Positions 60,315-64,000 of a stretch of DNA of 64,000 nt are shown here, one piece after another (within the stretch, counting starts at the first letter, position 1; each line of letters opens with the position of its first letter). The DNA lies in the NCBI GenBank assembly GCA_951406725.2, contig OX597832.1, forward strand, positions 18,724,001 through 18,788,000. The letters run 5' to 3'. Made by a program: the position numbers and the translations under genes. A model generated the notes under the pieces. The model made no database searches. It saw only the letters and a list, made by a program, of their open reading frames with translations, and was not told the origin of the DNA. The DNA is from Octopus vulgaris (taxonomy: Eukaryota).

Positions 60315-60700
60315 TCTTTTTCTTGTTTCAGTCATTTGACTGTGGCCATGCTGGAGTATCGCCTTTAGTCGAGCAAATCGACCCCAGGACTTATTCTTTG
60401 TAAGCCTAGTACTTATTCTATTGATCTCTTTTGCCGAACTGCTAAGTTACGGGGACGTAAACACACCAGCATCGGTTGTCAAGCCATGTTGGGGGGGGGG
60501 TAAAGCACATACATACACACACGCACACGCACACGCACACACACATATATATATATACGACGGGCTTCTTTCAGTTACCGTCTACCAAATCCACTCACAA
60601 GGCTTTGGTCGGCCCGAGGCTATAGTAGAAGACACTTGCCCAAGGTGCCACTCAGTGGGATTGAACCCAAAACCATGTGGTTAGTAAGCAAGCTACTTAC
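60315..60700 (-). mobile_element. SINE family B
   Basis: Reverse complement colinear with the other copies. Confidence 0.88.
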
Positions 60701-60849
60701 CAGACTGAAACAAGTAACAGAGAAAAAGGGTATGCTATCTTTTTTAATTCAATATCTATCGTGTAATTTGGACACACACATACACACATACACATGCACA
60801 CAGATACACACACACGTTGTCATAGTTGACACTGGGTGTCGTAATGCCA

Positions 60850-61760
60850 ACATCATGTCTGTTGTTGTATTCTTTGTGAATAATGTAATGGTTGTAAGAC
60901 GTGACATCGTTGGCCACATCGGACACTGCAACCAGTGGCAAGTAGGAATGGAGATAACAGCTGTTCGGACCGCATCTGCACGGCGAGATCTTTCAAACTG
61001 TAGGGTAATGTGAAGAAAGATTCACTCAAAGGAACCTGAGCTTTGATGAGAGTGACAGATGGTGGACTCATCACTATAAATGTGGACCTGAGCGAGGACA
61101 GATGCTACCACTCATACAAGAGGCCCGAAGAACAAATTCTGACAGAAAGGTCAAACGGATTTACTTGATAAAAGAAAAGAACATTTTCAGCAGTGTGAAG
61201 TATCGTGTTGAGTAGGAGATGATCTGAATCTTTTCAGACTTTTATCGCGACCCGTTCACAATACCCAGAACAACAGGTGGCTTGGTTAGGCCCCATGTTA
61301 TATCCTACATATAGTGAAAACCAAGTCCTCCTTAGTTGTGTCTCCAGTGAGGTAGACGTGTTACTGATCCACATCTTTCAACAAGGCCTCAGGCACAATT
61401 CTGGCAACTATGTGAATCTGCTAGGGAATATAATCGAACTCTGGCTAGAGAGGGTTGCTGCAGCAAGGCCATGTACAGTAGCAGGATTTGTTTCCTTGCT
61501 ATAGCTGTGGAAAACGCCAGAACTGGTTGTCGGAGAATTTCTACGACTTTCCCAACCTCGATTTCTGGATGCCTAATTATCCCGTATGTAATCATAGGAA
61601 TTACTACGAGAAAGGATCCAACTGCTGCTTGCATTACCAAGGGCGACCTGGTGGCCAAGATCGAAGAAGTATTCGAAAATTTACTCAGAGGTACAGCGAG
61701 GACTGTGTGCGCAGATCCCAGGACTCTCTTGTGACGGTAGTGAAACATATGCAATCGACG
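60850..61760 (+). pseudogene. Decayed Tc1/mariner-superfamily transposase (probably DD37D/maT-like)
   Basis: Broken frames give VLLSCVSSEVDVLLIHIFQQGLRHNSGNYVNLL..IELWLERVAAARP, then VQ*QDLFPCY (cf. VWQQDSAPCH), WLSENFYDF...FWMPNYPVCNHRNYY (cf. WPPNSPDCNPMDY) and TKGDLVAKIEEVFENL. Confidence 0.78.
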
Positions 61761-61933
61761 ATGTCGGAAAAAATAAAAGCACAGAAAATAATTTTTGTAT
61801 CGGCACTGGGTGTATAATTTTACCTCATTTATTTATTCAGAATACTTTCTCTGCAGTATGAATGAATTTTACACGTTATAACATACTTTAAACTAGTTTT
61901 AGAAAGTAAGATTTGATTTTTATAATTAGAACT

Positions 61934-62099
61934 GGAGTGGCTGAGTGGTAAGTAGCTTGCCTACCAACCACATGGTCCGGGGTTCAGTCCCACTGCGTGG
62001 CACCCTGGGCAAGTGTCTTCTACTATAGCCTCCGGCCGATCAAAGCCTTGTAAGTGGATTTTGTAGACGGAAACTGAAAGACGCCCGTCGTATATATAA

Positions 62100-62186
<87 letters not shown>

Positions 62187-62400
62187 TGTATGTGTATATG
62201 TGTCTGAGTGTGTTTCTGTTTGTCCCCCCAACATTGCTAGACAACCGATGCTGGTGTGTTTACGTCCCCGTAACTTAGCGGTTCGGCAAAAGAGACCGTT
62301 AGAATAAGCACTAGGGTTACAAAGAATAAGTTCTGAGGTCGATTTGCTCGACTATAAAGGCGGTGCTCCAGCATAGCAGCAGTCAAATGGCTGAAACAAA
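61934..62400 (+). mobile_element. SINE family B
   Basis: Colinear with the other copies. Confidence 0.88.
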
Positions 62401-63029
62401 GAGCAAAAAACTACATTTCAAGGAGACAAAGCCGGCAGCAAACAGTAAAACTTTCAAGGATTTTCCATTGAAAGAAAATCAGTCAGTGTTACCAGAACTG
62501 CATGTATCAATGTTATTGCAAATAGTAGAATGCGCGAAAAGTGCACGGCGGATTTCGAGATAAGCGTGCTTTTATATAGCAGTTTCAATGACTATATGTG
62601 TACTTGTAATAATTAGCATGATAATATTTATTTGGCATTCATATTTCTATTTCAATTACGTTCAGTAAACACACGCAATATACATATTTGCTTGCATCTC
62701 TCTTTCGAGTTGTTTTTTTTTTTATTTTGTTTCTGTGCAATGGGTTATACAGGAAAGAGGACATTCTCATGTTAGACTCTTGAATAACCAACAAAGAATG
62801 AAAGATTTTGTCAAATATTACGACATATATACAATCTTCCTACTATGTAGGCAGCCAGATTATAACATTTGGTATGATAATCGATCTTTCGAGTATCTCG
62901 TTTGATTGACTTACATTAAATAAGTCAGTAGGTTATTATAGTGAAGCTGTATAGTGTTGCTATGTCATGTAGAAGATAAAGTACCAAATGTTAATAATAT
63001 TAATAGGGTTACGGTAAATATTCTGCTCA

Positions 63030-63320
63030 ATACAACAAATTGCTTGTCAGTTGTTTGACCATAACCAGTTGAGTATCTTCCTTAGTGGCTGACGATATCT
63101 GCATCCCTGATCACGAGCAGAAGTACTGGGGGAGCGTCATAGCCATGTGTTGAGAGGAATACTTCGGGGTTTGGATAATTCACCTTTGGAAACCTGGGTG
63201 TTTTGTTTGTCATCCTTAAACAAACCTTATTCAGGGATCTTTTGAGGAGGACGGGTTACTCAACCAGAAAGAATTGTAACTGGACCTCACCTGCGAGATC
63301 ATGCGCTATTTATCTTGATT
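63030..63320. repeat. Unclassified interspersed repeat (possible retroelement UTR)
   Basis: GC-richer block absent from the paralogous segment at 58490-58843. It resembles a common octopus repeat from memory only. Confidence 0.35.
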
Positions 63321-63514
63321 TAACAAGATAAAGGCATACAAATACAGATCTGTTAGCCTTATTAACTCGGAAGCGGTGTTGTCTCAAAAATTGATCCTAA
63401 ACAGACAGATCCGTCTCCTAATGCTAAGGTCCAAGCTCGCCATGCATGAATGATAAACAAATCAAAGCAAAATGCAAAACAGATTGATCGTCATTTGGAT
63501 TAACAAGGGCTGCT

Positions 63515-64000
63515 TACCCCAGTGAAGTACCAGACTGATTTTAAAAATCAACTACTGGTTCAAATCTTCCAGAAACACAGGAGCTGTAAACTACCCAACA
63601 ACCATAATACTCGAATAGGTGACCATAAAATAACCGAATACTAAAGAAGTTCTTAAGGCTTTCTATCATGCCATGTTTTTCCCCTCAAATAAATCTAATA
63701 CTGAACAAGCCTACCTAAGCTGGAGACAGAAGCACCTTGAAGTAAGATCCTACATAGACAGTAATAAACTTACCAACGTCAGAAGAAACCTTATGAAAAA
63801 AATTATTAACTGAATTAGAGATTGATCAAACTAAACAATCAGTAAAGGACAAAGGGAACGAGGTTGCAGCTAAAGAAGATACTATAGAGGAAATAATTAT
63901 ACACCAATCCAGGTCTGATGAAAGTGCAGTAATGATAGAAATAGTCAATGTAAGTGACAAGCAAAGTGAAATATTCTCTGAATCAACCATAAACACTAAA
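63515..64000 (+). pseudogene. Decayed N-terminal (Myb-like) region of an R4/Dong-type non-LTR retrotransposon, running off the window
   Basis: Reads KEVLKAFYHAMFFPSNKSNTEQAYLSWRQKHLEVRSYIDSNKLTNVRRNLMKK, then after a frameshift LLTELEIDQTKQSV..., resembling the ..CYY...W.......Q.L.D.RR.I.K..LS.LE...I pattern of R4-clade ORF starts. Confidence 0.6.

Noticed and set aside
63914-63950. CTGATGA...GAAA...GTC hammerhead-like motif
   Set aside because: No stem II or stem I pairing; it lies within the Dong-like reading frame.

Overview
AT-rich, repeat-dense eukaryotic DNA. The tRNA-headed SINE families and long (TA)n/(GATA)n/(AAT)n tracts match what I recognise from octopus (coleoid cephalopod) genomes; the species assignment is an inference. 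No intact protein-coding gene is supportable. The listed ORFs are microsatellite translations, SINE read-throughs or decayed transposon fragments. Content: at least 3-4 tRNA-derived SINE families (several with target-site duplications or internal tandem re-iterations), fragments of CR1-like, RTE-like and R4/Dong-like non-LTR elements, two decayed Tc1/mariner transposases, a Helitron-like 3' end and a 100-N assembly gap (27182-27281). The most notable feature is at 45925-46719: a young element with a 363-nt repeat unit, present as an inverted copy plus about 1.45 direct copies. It carries a minimal type I hammerhead ribozyme with a co-varied U3-A8 core and a palindromic stem III, as expected for a Penelope-like pseudo-LTR or non-autonomous retrozyme. 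A second, older head-to-head palindrome (42421-42656) may be a decayed analogue. A GC-rich, extensively base-paired island at 55910-56096 is unexplained.
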